Assembly (NCBI GenBank): GCA_964016885.1
Contig: OZ024744.1
Coordinates: 98,704,001-98,768,000 of the forward strand
Source: Eledone cirrhosa
Lineage: Eukaryota
Length of the DNA stretch: 64,000 nucleotides
Direction of reading: 5' to 3'
Shown here: piece by piece, positions 1 to 14,928 of the stretch
Position numbering within the stretch: position 1 is the stretch's first letter
How the letters are laid out: each line of letters begins with the position of its first letter
Position numbers and translations under genes: made by a program
The notes under the pieces: generated by a model
Told to the model about the DNA's origin: nothing
The model's input: the letters and a program-made list of their open reading frames with translations, nothing else
The model's database searches: none

Positions 1-3000
1 TAACCCTATGAGAACAACTATTAGGGCCATTAATATTTATTAAATACTATTCCAAAGATTCACCACAACTTCTTTCCAAAATATGGAACTGGGAAATTAT
101 AACACACATAACCCTATCAGAACAACTGTTAGGGCTAGTAATATTTGTTAAGCACTATTCCAAAGATTCACCACAATTTCTTTCCATAACATGTAAATAG
201 GAAATTATAACACACATAACCCTATCAGAACAACTATTAGGGCCATTAATATTTATTAAAGACTATTCCAAAGATTCACCACAACTTCTTCCCATAACAT
301 GGGACTGGTAAATTATAGCACTCATAACCCTATCAGAACAACTATTAGGGCCATTAATATTTATTAAACACTATTCCAAAGATTCACCACCACTTCTTTC
401 CATAGCATGGAGCTGGGAAATTATAACACACATAATCCTATCAGAACACTTTTTAGGGCCAGTAATATTTATTAAGCACTATTCCAAACATTCACCACAA
501 CTTCTTTCCACAACATGGAACTGGGAGATTATAGCACACATAACCCTATCAGAATAACTATTAGGGCCATTAATATTTATTAAACACTATTCGAAAGATT
601 CACCACAACTTCTTCCCATAACATGGGACTGGTAAATTATAGCACACATAACCCTATCAGAACAACTATTAGGGCCATTAATATTTATTAAACACTATTC
701 GAAAGATTCACCTAAACTTCTTTACATAACATGGAACTGGGAGATTATAGCACACATAACCCTATCAGAACAACTATTAGGGTCAGTAATATTTATTAAA
801 CACTATTCCAAAGATTCACCACCACTTCTTTCCATAACATGTAACTGGGAAATTATAACACACATAACCCTATCAGAACAACTATTAGGGCCAGTAATAT
901 TTATTAAGCACTATTCCAAAGATTCACAACAACTTCTTTCCATAACATGGAAGTGGGAGATTATAGCACACATAACCCTATGAGAACAACTATTAGGGCC
1001 ATTAATATTTATTAAACACTATTCCAAAGATTCACCACAACTTCTTTCCATAACATGTAACTGGGAAATTATAACACACATAACTATATCAGAACAACTA
1101 TTAGGGCCATTAATATTTATTAAACACTATTCCAAAGATTCACCACAACTTCTTTCCATAACATGTAACCGGGAAATTATAACACAGAGAAACCTATCAC
1201 AACAACTGTTAGGGCCAGTAATATTTATTAAACAATATTCAAAGATTCACCACAACATCTTTCCATAACATGTAACTGGGAAATTATAACACACATAACC
1301 CTATCAGAACAAATATTAGGGCCAATAATATATATTAAGTACTCATCCAAAGATTCACCACAACTTCTTTCCATAACATGGAACTGGGAAATTGTAACAC
1401 ACGTAACCCTATCAGAACACCTATTAGGGCCATTAATATTTATTAAGCACTATTCCAAAGATTCACCACCACTTCTTTCTATAACATGGTACTGGGAAAT
1501 TATAACACACATAATCCTATCAGAACACTTTTGAGGGCCAGTAATATTTATTAAGCACTATTCCAAAGATTCATCACAACTTCTTTCCATAACATGTAAC
1601 TGGGCAATTATAACACACATAACCCTATCAGAACAACTATTAAAGTCAGTAATATTTATTTAGCACTATTCCAAGAATTCACCACAAATTCTTTCCATAA
1701 CATGGAACTTGGAAATTATAACACACATAACCCTATCAGAACAAATATTAGAGCCATTAATATTTATTAAGCACTATTGCAAAGATTCACCATAACTTCT
1801 TTCCATAACATGGAACTTCGAAATTATAACACACACAAACCTATCAGAACGGCTATTAGGGCCATTAATATTTATTAAGTACTATTCCAAAGATTCACCA
1901 CAAATTCTTTCCATAATATGGAACTGGGAAATTATAACACACAAAACCCTATCAGAACACCTATTAGGGCCATTAATATTTATTAAATACTATTCCAAAA
2001 ATTCACCACACCCTTTTTCCATAACATGTAACTGGGAAATTATAACACATAACTCTATGAGAACAACTATTGGGGCCAGAAATATTTATTAAGTACTATT
2101 CCAAAAATTCACCACAACTTCTTTCCATAACATGGAACTTGGAAATTATAACACATAACTCTATGAGAACAACTATTAGGGCCAGTAATATTTATTAAAC
2201 ACTATTCCAAAGATTCACCAAAACTTCTTTCCATAACATGTAACTGGGAAATTATAACACACATAACCCTATCAGAACAACTATTAGGGCCATTAATATT
2301 TTTTAAACACTATTCCAAAGATTCACCACAACTTCTTTTCATAACATGTAACTGGGAAATTATAACCCACATAACCCTATCAGAACAACTATTAGGGCCA
2401 TAAATATTTTTTAGACACTATTCCAAAGATTCACCACCACTTCTTTCCATAACATCGAACTGGGAAATTATAACACACATAACCCTATCAGAACAACTAT
2501 TAGGGTCAGTAATATTTATTTAACACTATTCCAAAAATTCACCACAACTTCTTTCCATAACATGTAACTGGGAAATTATAACACACATGACCCTATCAGA
2601 ACAACTTTTAGGGCCATAAATATTTTTTAAACTCTATTCCAAAGATTCAACACCACTTCTTTCTATAACATGTAACTGGGAAATTATAACACACATAACC
2701 CTATCAGAACACCTATTAGGGCCAGTAATATTTATTAAGCACTATTGCAAAGATTCACCACAACTTCTTTCCATAACATGGAACTGGGAAATTATAACAC
2801 ACATAACCCTATCAGAACAACTATTAGGGTCAGTAATATTTATTTAGCACTATTCCAAAAATTCACCACAACTTCTTTCCATAACATGTAACTGGGAAAT
2901 TACAACACACATAACCCTATCAGAACAAATATTAGGGCCAGTAATATTTATTAAGTACTATTCCAAAGATTCACCACAGCTTCTTTCCATAACATGGAAC

Positions 3001-6000
3001 TGGGCAATTATAACACACATAACCCTATGAGAACAACTATTAGGGCCATTAATATTTATTAAACACTATTCCAAAGATTCACAACCACTTCTTTCGATAA
3101 CATGGAACTGGGAAATTATAACACACATAATCCTATCAGAACACTTTTTAGGGCCAGTAATTTTTATTAAGCACTATTCCAAAGACTCACCACAACTTCT
3201 TTCCATAACATGTAACTGGGAAATTATAACACACATAACCCTATCAGGACACCTATTAGGGCCAGTAATATTTATTAAGCACTATTGCAAAGATTCACCA
3301 CAACTTCTTTCCATAACGTTGAACAGGGAAATTATAACACACACAACCCTATCAGAACAGCTATTAGGGCCATTAATATTTATTAAGTACTATTCCAAAA
3401 ATTCACCACACCCTCTTTCCATAACATGGAGCTGGGAAATTATAACACATAAACCTATCAGAACACCTATTAGGGCCAGTAATATTTATTAAGCACTATT
3501 GCAAAGATTCACCACAACTTCTTTCCATGACATTGAACAGGGAAATTATAACACACACAACCCTATCAGAACAGCTATTAGGGCCATTAATATTTATTAA
3601 GTACTATTCCAAAAATTCACCACCACTTCTTTCCATAACATGTCACTGGGAAATTATAACACACATAACCCTATCAGAACACCTATTAGGGCCAGTAATA
3701 TTTATTAAGCACTATTGCAAAGATTCACCACAACTTCTTTCCATAACATGGAACTGGGAAATTATAACACACATAACCCTATCAGAACAACTATTAGGGT
3801 CAGTAATATTTATTTAGCACTATTCCAAAAATTCACCACAACTTCTTTCCATAACATGTAACTGGGAAATTACAACACACATAACCCTATCAGAACAAAT
3901 ATTAGGGCCAGTAATATTTATTAAGTACTATTCCAAAGATTCACCACAGCTTCTTTCCATAACATGGAACTGGGCAATTATAACACACATAACCCTATGA
4001 GAACAACTATTAGGGCCATTAATATTTATTAAACACTATTCCAAAGATTCACAACCACTTCTTTCGATAACATGGAACTGGGAAATTATAACACACATAA
4101 TCCTATCAGAACACTTTTTAGGGCCAGTAATTTTTATTAAGCACTATTCCAAAGACTCACCACAACTTCTTTCCATAACATGTAACTGGGAAATTATAAC
4201 ACACATAACCCTATCAGGACACCTATTAGGGCCAGTAATATTTATTAAGCACTATTGCAAAGATTCACCACAACTTCTTTCCATAACGTTGAACAGGGAA
4301 ATTATAACACACACAACCCTATCAGAACAGCTATTAGGGCCATTAATATTTATTAAGTACTATTCCAAAAATTCACCACACCCTCTTTCCATAACATGGA
4401 GCTGGGAAATTATAACACATAAACCTATCAGAACACCTATTAGGGCCAGTAATATTTATTAAGCACTATTGCAAAGATTCACCACAACTTCTTTCCATGA
4501 CAGTGAACAGGGAAATTATAACACACACAACCCTATCAGAACAGCTATTAGGGCCATTAATATTTATTAAGTACTATTCCAAAAATTCACCACCACTTCT
4601 TTCCATAACATGTCACTGGGAAATTATAACACACATAACCCTATGAGAACAACTATTAGGGCCATTAATATTTATTAAACACTATTCCAAAGATTCACCA
4701 CAGCTTCTTTCCATAACATGGAACTGGGAAATTATAACAGACATAACCCTATCAGAACAACTATTAGGGCCAGTAATATTTATTAAGCATTATTCCAAAG
4801 ATTCACCACAACTTCTTTCATGGAACTGGGAAATTATAACACACATAACCCTATCAGAACAACTATTAGGGCCATTAATATTTATTAAGCACTATTCCAA
4901 AGATTCACCAACTATTCTTTCTATGACATGGAACCGGGAAATTATAACACAGACAAACCTATCACAACAACTGTTAGGGCCAGTAATATTTATTAAGCAC
5001 TATTCCAAAGATTCACCACCACTTCTTTCCATAACATCGAACTGGGAAATTATAACACACTTAATCCTATCAGAACACTTTTTAGGGCCAGTAATATTTA
5101 TTAAGCACTATTCCAAAGATTCACCACAACATTCCATAACATGTAACTTGGAGATTATAAAACATAACCCTATCAGAACAACTATTAGGGCCAGTAATAT
5201 TTATTAAGCACAATTCTAAAGAATCACCATAACTTCTTTCCATAACATGTAACTGGGAAATTATAACACACATTACCCTATGAGAACAACTATTAGGGCC
5301 ATTAATATTTATTAAACACTATTCCAAAGATTCACAACCACTTCTTTCGATAACATGGAACTGGGAAATTATAGCACACATAATCCTATCAGAACACTTT
5401 TTAGGGCCAGTAATTTTTATTAAGCACTATTCCAAAGATTCACCACAACTTCTTTCCATAACATTGAACAGGGAAATTATAACACACACAACCCTATCAG
5501 AACAGCTATTAGGGCCATTAATATTTATTAAGTACTATTCCAAAAATTCACCACACCCTCTTTCCATAACATGGAACTGGGAAATTATAACACATAAACC
5601 AATCAGAACAAAAATTAAGGTCATTAATATTTATTAAGTACTATTCCAAAGATTCACCACAACTTCTTTCCATAACGTGTAACTGGGAAATTACAATACA
5701 CATAACCCTATCAGAACAACTATTAGGGCCAGAAATATTTATTAAGTACTATTCCAAAAATTCACCACAACTTCTTTCCATAACATGGAACTTGGAAATT
5801 ATAACACATAACTCTATGAGAACAACTATTAGGGCCATGAATATTTATTAAACACTATTCCAAAGATTCACCACCACTTCTTTCCTTAACATCGAACTGG
5901 GAAATTATAACACACATGACCCTATCAGAACAAACTTTTAGGGCCATAAATATTTTTTAAACTCTATTCCAAAGATTCACCACCACTTCTTTCCATAACA

Positions 6001-8235
6001 TCGAACTGGGAAATTATAACACACATGACCCTATCAGAACAAACTTTTAGGGCCATAAATATTTTTTAAACACTATTCCAAAGATTCACCACAACTTCTT
6101 TCCATAACATGGAACTGGGAAATTATAACACTTATAACCCTATCAGAACACCTATTAGGGCCAGTAATATTTATTAAGCACTATTCCAAAAATTCACCAC
6201 AACTTCTTTCCATAACATGGAACTGGGAAATTACAACACACATAACCCTATCAGAACAAATATTAGGGTCAATAATATTTATTAAGTACTCATCCAAAGA
6301 TTCACCACAACTTCTTTCCATATCATGGAACTGGGAAATTGTAACACACATAACCCTATCAGAACACCTAGTAGGGCCATTAATATTTATTAAGCTCTAT
6401 TCCAAAGATTCACCACCACTTCTTTCCATAACATGTAACTGGGAAATTATAACACACATAACCCTATCAGAACAACTATTTGGGCCATTAATATTTATTA
6501 AGTACTATTCCAAAGATTCACCACCACTTCTTTCTATAACATGGAACTGGGAAATTATAACACACATAATCCTATCAGAACACTTTTGAGAACCAGTAAT
6601 ATTTATTAAGCACTATTCCAAAGATTCATCACAACTTCTTTCCATAACATGGAACTGGGAAATTATAACACACATAACCCTATCAGAACAACTATTAGGG
6701 TCAGTAATATTTATTTAGCACTTTTCCAAAAATTCACCACAACTTCTTTCCATAATATGGAACTTGGAAATTATAACACACATAACCCTATCAGAACAAA
6801 TATTAGAGCCATTAATATTTATTAAGCACTATTGCAAAGATTCACCACAACTTCTTTCCATAACATGTAACTAGGAAATTACAACACACATAACCCTATC
6901 AGAACAAATATTAGGGCCAGTAATATTTATTAAGTACTCATCCAAAGATTCACCACAACTTCTTTCCATAACATGGAACTGGGAAATTGTAACACACATA
7001 ACCCTATCAGAACACCTATTAGGGCCATTAATATTTATTAAGCACTATTCCAAAGATTCACCACCACTTCTTTCCATAACATGTAACTGGGAAATTATAA
7101 TACACATAACCTTATCAGAACAACTATTAGGGCCAGTGATATGTATTAAAGACTATTCCAAAGATTTACCACAAATTCTTTCCATAACATATAACTGGGA
7201 AATTATAACACACATAACCCTATGAGAACAACTATTAGGGCCATTAATATTTATTAAACACTATTCCAAAGAATCACCACAACTTCTTTCCATAACATGT
7301 AACTGGGAAATTATAACACACATAACCCTATCAGAACAACTATTAGGGCCATTAATATTTATTAAACACTATTCCAAAGATTCACCACAACTTCTTTCCA
7401 TAACATGGAACCGGGAAATTATAACACAGAGAAACCTATCACAACAACTGTTAGGGCCAGTAATATTTATTAAACAATATTCAAAGATTCACCACAACTT
7501 CTTTCCATAACATGTAACTGGGAAATTATAACACACATAACCCTATCAGAACAACTATTAGGGCCATTAATATTTATTAAGCACTATTCCAAAGATTCAC
7601 CACCACTTCTTTCTATAACATGGAACTGGGAAATTATAACACACATAATCCTATCAGAACACTTTTGAGGGCCAGTAATATTTATTAAGCACTATTCCAA
7701 AGATTCATCACAACTTCTTTCCATAACATGGAACTGGGAAATTATAACACACATAACCCTATCAGAACAACTATTAGGGTCAGTAATATTTATTTAGCAC
7801 TATTCCAAAAATTCACCACAACTTCTTTCCATAATATGGAACTTGGAAATTATAACACACATAACCCTATCAGAACAAATATTAGAGCCATTAATATTTA
7901 TTAAGCACTATTGCAAAGATTCACCACAACTTCTTTCCATAACATGTAACTGGGAAATTACAACGCACATAACCCTATCAGAACAAATATTAGGGCCAGT
8001 AATATTTATTAAGTACTCATCCAAAGATTCACCACAACTTCTTTCCATAACATGGGACTGGGAAATTGTAACACACATAACCCTATCAGAACACCTATTA
8101 GGGCCATTAATATTTATTAAGCACTATTCCAAAGGTTCACCACAACTTCTTTCCATAACATGTAACTGGGAAATTATAACACACATAACCCTATGAGAAC
8201 AACTATTAGGGCCATTAATATTTATTAAACACTAT

Positions 8236-8413
8236 ATTATAGCAGTATCAGTAGAGGGTCGGACGCCATGCTTTCCAGCATAGTTACGTCCCTTTACGAT
8301 CTGAGTTCAAATCCCGCCGAGGTTGACTTTGCCTTTCATCCTTACGGGGTCGATAAAATAAAGTACCAGTAATGCACTGGGTAATTGCTGGTCTTGTGCC
8401 TAAAGTAGAAACA
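8236..8413 (+). mobile_element. tRNA-derived SINE (Meta-domain-like core), slightly 5'-truncated, inserted in the satellite
   Basis: B-box GAGTTCAAATCCC and core GACTTTGCCTTTCATCCTTACGGGGTCGATAAAATAAAGTACCAG. A 22-bp target-site duplication ATTAATATTTATTAAACACTAT lies at 8214-8235 and 8414-8435. Confidence 0.93.
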
Positions 8414-10906
8414 ATTAATATTTATTAAACACTATTCCAAAGATTCACCACAACTTCTTTCCATAACATAGAACTGGGAAATTATAACAGACATAACCCT
8501 ATCAGATCAACTATTAGGGCCAGTAACATTTATTAAGCACTATTCCAAAGATTCACCACCAATTCTTTCTATAACATGGAACCGGGAAATTATAACACAG
8601 ATAAACCTATCACAACAACTGTTGGGGCCAGTAATATTTATTAAGCACTATTCCAAAGATTCGCCACCACTTCTTTCCATAACATCGAACTGGGAAATTA
8701 TAACACACATAACCCTATCACAACAACTGTTGGGGCCAGTAATATTTATTAAGCACTATTCCAAAGATTCACCACCACTTCTTTCCATAACATCGAACTG
8801 GGAAATTATAACACACATAATCCTATCAGAACACTTTTTAGGGCCAGTAATATTTATTAAGCACTATTTCGAAGATTCGCCACAACATTCCATAACATAT
8901 AACTTGGAAATTATAACACATAACCCTATCAGGACAACTATTAGGAACAGTAATATTTATTAAGCACTATTCCAAAGATTCACCATAACTTCTTTCCATA
9001 ACATGTAACTGGGAAATTATAACACACATAACCCTATCCGAACAACTATTAGGACCATTAATATTTATTAAGCACTATTGCAAAGATTCACCACAACTTT
9101 CCATAACATGTAACTGGGAAATTATAACAAACATAAACCTATCAGATCAATTATTAGGGCCATAATTTTTTTTAAACACTATTCCAAAGATTCATCAAAA
9201 CTTCTTTCCAGAACATGTAACTTGGAGATTATAACACATAACCCTATCAGAACAACTATTAGGGCCAGTAATATTTATTAAGCACTATTCTAAAGATTCA
9301 CCATAACTTCTTTCTATAACATGTAACTGGAAAATTAGAACACACATAACCCTATGAGAACAACTATTAGGGCCATTAATATTTATTAAACACTATTCCA
9401 AAGATTCACAACCACTTCTTTCCATAGCATGGAACTGGGAAATTATAACACACATTATCCTATCAGAACACTTTTTAGGGCCAGTAATTTTTATTAAGCA
9501 CTATTCCAAAGATTCACCACAACTTCTTTCCATAACATAGAACTGGGAAATTATAACAGACATAACCCTATCAGAACACCTATTAGGGCCAGTAATATTT
9601 ATTAAGCACTATTGCAAAGATTCACCACAACTTTTTTCCATAACATGGAACTAGTAAATTATAGCACACATAACCCTATCAGAACAACTATTAGGGCCAG
9701 TAATATTTATTAAGTACTCATCCAAAGATTCACCACAACTTCTTTCCATAACATGGAACTGGGAAATTATAACACACATAACCCTATCAGAACAACTATT
9801 AGCGCCATTAATATTTATTAAGTACTATTCCAAAATTCACCACCACTTCTTTCCAAAACATGTAACTGGGAAATTATAACACACATAACCCTATGAGAAC
9901 AACTATTAGGGCCATTAATATTTATTAAACACTATTCCAAAGAATCACCACAACTTCTTTCCATAACATGTAACTGGGAAATTATAACACACATAACCCT
10001 ATCAGAACAACTATTAGGGCCATTAATATTTATTAAACACTATTCCAAAGATTCACCACAATTTCTTTCCATAACATGGAACCGGGAAATTATAACACAG
10101 AGAAACCTATCACAACAACTGTTAGGGCCAGTAATATTTATTAAACAATATTCAAAGATTCACCACAACTTCTTTCCATAACATGTAACTGGGAAATTCT
10201 AACACACATAACCCTATCAAAATAACTATTAGGGCCATTAATATTTATTAAGCACTATTCCAAAGATTCACCACCACTTCTTTCTATAACATGGAACTGG
10301 GAAATTATAACACACATAATCCTATCAGAACACTTTTGAGGGCCAGTAATATTTATTAAGCACTATTCCAAAGATTCATCACAACTTCTTTCCATAACAT
10401 GGAACTGGGAAATTATAACACACATAACCCTATCAGAACAACTATTAGGGTCAGTAATATTTATTTAGCACTATTCCAAAAATTCACCACAACTTCTTTC
10501 CATAATATGGAACTTGGAAATTATAACACACATAACCCTATCAGAACAAATATTAGAGCCATTAATATTTATTAAGCACTATTGCAAAGATTCACCACAA
10601 CTTCTTTCCATAACATGTAACTGGGAAATTACAACACACATAACCCTATCAGAACAAATATTAGGGCCAGTAATATTTATTAAGTACTCATCCAAAGATT
10701 CACCACAACTTCTTTCCATAACATGGGACTGGGAAATTGTAACACACATAACCCTATCAGAACACCTATTAGGGCCATTAATATTTATTAAGCACTATTC
10801 CAAAGATTCACCACAACTTCTTTCCATAACATGTAACTGGGAAATTATAACACACATAACCCTATGAGAACAACTATTAGGGCCATTAATATTTATTAAA
10901 CACTAT

Positions 10907-11084
10907 ATTATAGCAGTATCAGTAGAGGGTCGGACGCCATGCTTTCCAGCATAGTTGCGTCCCTTTACGATCTGAGTTCAAATCCCGCCGAGGTTGACTT
11001 TGCCTTTCATCCTTACGGGGTCGATAAAATAAAGTACCAGTAATGTACTGGGTAATTGCTGGCCTTGTGCCTAAAGTAGAAACA
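10907..11084 (+). mobile_element. Second copy of the same SINE insertion, created by duplication of the array segment
   Basis: Same junctions and TSD as 8236-8413 at an offset of 2671 bp; 3 substitutions seen between the copies. Confidence 0.93.
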
Positions 11085-13654
11085 ATTAATATTTATTAAA
11101 CACTATTCCAAAGATTCACCACAACTTCTTTCCATAACATGGAACTGGGAAATTATAACAGACATAACCCTATCAGAACAACTATTAGGGCCAGTAATAT
11201 TTATTAAGCACTATTCCAAAGATTCACCACAACTTCTTTCATGGAACTGGGAAATTATAACACACATAACCCTATCAGAACAACTATTAGGGCCATTAAT
11301 ATTTATTAAGCACTATTCCAAAGATTCACTACCACTTCTTTCCATAACATCGAACTGGGAAATTATAACAAACATAATCCTATCAGAACACTTTTTAGGG
11401 CCAGTAATATTTATTAAGCACTATTCCGAAGATTCACCACAACATTCCATAACATATAACTTGGAAATTATAACACATAACCCTATCAGAACAACTATTA
11501 GGAACAGTAATATTTATTAAGCACTATTCCAAAGATTCACCATAACTTCTTTCCATAACATGTAACTGGGAAATTATAACACACATAACCCTATCCGAAC
11601 AACTATTAGGACCATTAATATTTATTAAGCACTATTCCAAAGATTCACCACAACTTTCCATAACATGTAACTGGGAAATTATAACAAACATAAACCTATC
11701 AGAACAATTATTAGGGCCATAATTTTTTTTAAACACTATTCCAAAGATTCATCAAAACTTCTTTCCATAACATGTAACTTGGAGATTATAACGCATAACC
11801 CTATCAGAACAACTATTAGGGCCAGTAATATTTATTAAGCACTATTCTAAAGATTCACCATAACTTCTTTCTATAACATGTAACTGGGAAATTAGAACAC
11901 ACATAACCCTATGAGAACAACTATTAGGACCATTAATATTTATTAAACACTATTCCAAAGATTCACAACCACTTCTTTCCATAGCATGGAACTGGGAAAT
12001 TTTAACACACATAATCCTATCAGAACACTTTTTAGGCCCAGTAATTTTTATTAAGCACTATTCCAAAGATTCACCACAACTTCTTTCCATAACATAGAAC
12101 TGGGAAATTATAACACACATAAACCTATCAGAACACCTATTAGGGCCAGTAATATTTATTAAGCACTATTGCAAAGATTCACCACAACTTCTTTCCATAA
12201 CATGGAACTGGTAAATTATAGCACACATAAACCTATCAGAACAACTATTAGGGCCAGTAATATTTATTAAGTACTCATCCAAAGATTCACCACAACTTCT
12301 TTCCATAACATGGAACTGGGAAATTATAACACACATAACCCCATCAGAACAACTATTAGGGCCATTAATATTTTTAAACACTATTCCAAAGATTCATCAC
12401 AACTTCTTTTCATAACATGTAACTGGGAAATTATAACCCACATAACCCTATCAGAACAACTATTAGGGCCATAAATATTTTTTAAACACTATTCCAAAGA
12501 TTCACCACCACTTCTTTCCATAACATCGAACTGGGAAATTATAACACACATAACCCTATCAGAACAACTTTTAGGGCCATAAATATTTTTTAAACACTAT
12601 TCCAAAGATTCACCACTACTTCTTTCCATAACATGTAACTGGGAAATTATAACACACATAACTCTATCAGAACACCTATTAGGGCCAGTAATATTTATTA
12701 AGCAATATTGCAAAGATTCACCACAACATCTTTCCATAACATGGAATTGGGAAATTATAACACACATAACCCTATCAGAATAACTATTAGGGTCAGTAAT
12801 ATTTATTTAGCACTATTCCAAAATTTCACCACAACTTCTTTCCATAACATGGAACATGGAAATTATAACACACATAACCCTATCAGAACAAATATTAGGG
12901 CCATTAATATTTATTAAGCACTATTGCAAAGATTCACCACAACTTCTTTCCATAACATGGAACTGGGAAATTATAACACACATAACCCTATCAGAACAAC
13001 TATTAGGGCCAGTAATATTTATTAAGTACTATTCCAAAATTTCACCACAACTTCTTTCCATAACATGGAACATGGAAATTATAACACACATAACCCTATC
13101 AGAATAAATATTAGGGCCATTAATATTTATTAAGCACTATTCCAAAGATTCACCACCACTTCTTTCTATAACATTGAACTGGGAAATTATAACACACATA
13201 ATCCTATCAGAACACTTTTGAGGGACAGTAATATTTATTAAGCACTATTCCAAAGATTCACCACAACTCCTTTCCATAACATGGAACTGGGAAATTATAA
13301 CACACATAAACCTATCAGAACAACTATTAGGGCCATTAATATTTTTTAAACACTATTCCAAAGATTCAACACAGCTTCTTTCCATAACATAGAACTGGGA
13401 AATTATAATAGACATAACACTATCAGAACAACTATTAGGGACATATATATTTATTAAGCACTATTCCAAAGATTCACCCCCACTTCTTTCCATAACAAGA
13501 AACTGGGAAATTATAACACACATAATCCTATCACAACACTTTTTAGGGCCAGTAATTTTTATTAAGCACTATTCCAAAGATTCACCACAGCTTCTTTCCA
13601 TAACATAGAACTGGGAAATTATAACACACATAACCCTATCAGAACAACCATTAA

Positions 13655-14928
13655 GGACATCCTGTATGCTGATGACCTCACACTCATAGCTGAATCTATG
13701 GTAGAACTAGAGAATAAATTCCAAACCTGGAAGCAGGGACTAGAGAGAAAGGGCCTCAAAGTCCACATGACAAAGACTAAGGTCCTTGTAAGTAGACGAG
13801 AAAACAGAACCCAGATCCCCTCAGGGAAATGGCCTTGCTCAGTATGTAGGAAAGGTGTAGGTAGGAACTCCATTCTCTGCCCCAAATGCAAACAATGGGT
13901 ACACAAGAGATGTAGCGGGATCTCAGGAAGCTTAATTAAGAATGTAGGATTTACATGCAGCAGCTGTGCTGAAACAGCAAGCAAACAGCCACAGGAAACA
14001 AGTACCACCAATCTCTGGGAGGGCCTTGTAGAAACAGTAGACAGCTTCTGCTACCTAGGTGACCGAATTAGCAACGGAGGTGGGTGCTCAGAAGGTACAA
14101 TAACTAGGGTAAGAACGGGATGGAAGAAGTTTAGGGAACTACTACAACTGCTAGCTGCAAAAGGCTTCTCCCTCAGAATGAAAGGCAGACTGTATGATGC
14201 GTGTATCCGAACAGCGATGTTGCATGGTAGTGAGACCTGGGCGCTGAAGGTGGAAGACTTACGTAGATTAGAGAGAAACGAAGCCTGCATGCTCCGATGG
14301 ATGTGTAACAGTAATATACGTGAACGACAAAGCATAAAGGAATTGAGAGAGAGACTGAGCATAAGAGGAATCAAATGCTGCGTGCAGGAGAGGCGGTTAC
14401 GCTGGTATGGACATGTGATGCGTATGAAGGATGACAGCTGCATAAAAAGGTGCAGAGCACTACAAGTTGATGGAAACCGCGGAGTGGGGAGACCCAAGAT
14501 GACTTGGGATGAGGTGATAAAAGCCGACCTTACCCAACTACACCTCTCAAAGTCAATGACACACGACCGTGACTTCTGGCGTCACGCAGTAATACAGGGT
14601 ACCCAACCTCCCATGGGTACATGCTGAAGCATATAAACAATATGCCCCCACTCCCCCCACCGCAAGGTGGTCGTCGAGGTGCCACGGCAAAAAGCACCCA
14701 GCCCACACTGTAAAGTGGACGTGGAGGTGCCACGAAAAAGCACCCAGCACTCACTGTAAATGAGGTTGGTGTTAGGAAGGGCATCCAGCTGTAGAAATCA
14801 AGCCAGATCAGTTCCTGTATGAGCAAGGCATGGTCAGCCGACCAGACACTGCCCTCAACAGGACAACCCGTCTAACCCATGCTAGCGTGGAAGAACGGAC
14901 ATAAAACGGTGATGATGATGATGATGAT
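13655..14928 (+). mobile_element. 5'-truncated RTE-clade LINE (RT C-terminal half, 3' UTR, (GAT)n tail)
   Basis: Begins at the RT catalytic motif (D-I-L-Y-A-D-D-L, CTG TAT GCT GAT GAC from 13662). The frame stays open to 14627 and includes FCYLGD, MLHGSETW, RRLRWYGHVMR and RGVGRPKMTW. Ends in GATGATGAT at 14911-14928, after which the satellite resumes. Confidence 0.95.
13662..14627 (+). pseudogene. Truncated reverse transcriptase ORF of the RTE element, containing a C4HC3 PHD-like finger
   Basis: ORF 13698-14627 is in frame with the upstream YADD codons; the N-terminal endonuclease and most of the RT are missing. Confidence 0.88.

Noticed and set aside
1-120. True telomere at the window start (TAACCC)
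   Set aside because: The hexamer is part of the 108-bp monomer and there is no (TAACCC)n tract.
13619-14826. Minus-strand ORFs over the RTE, and the antisense ORFs over both CR1 copies
   Set aside because: These are shadow frames of LINE coding sequence with no recognisable motifs.
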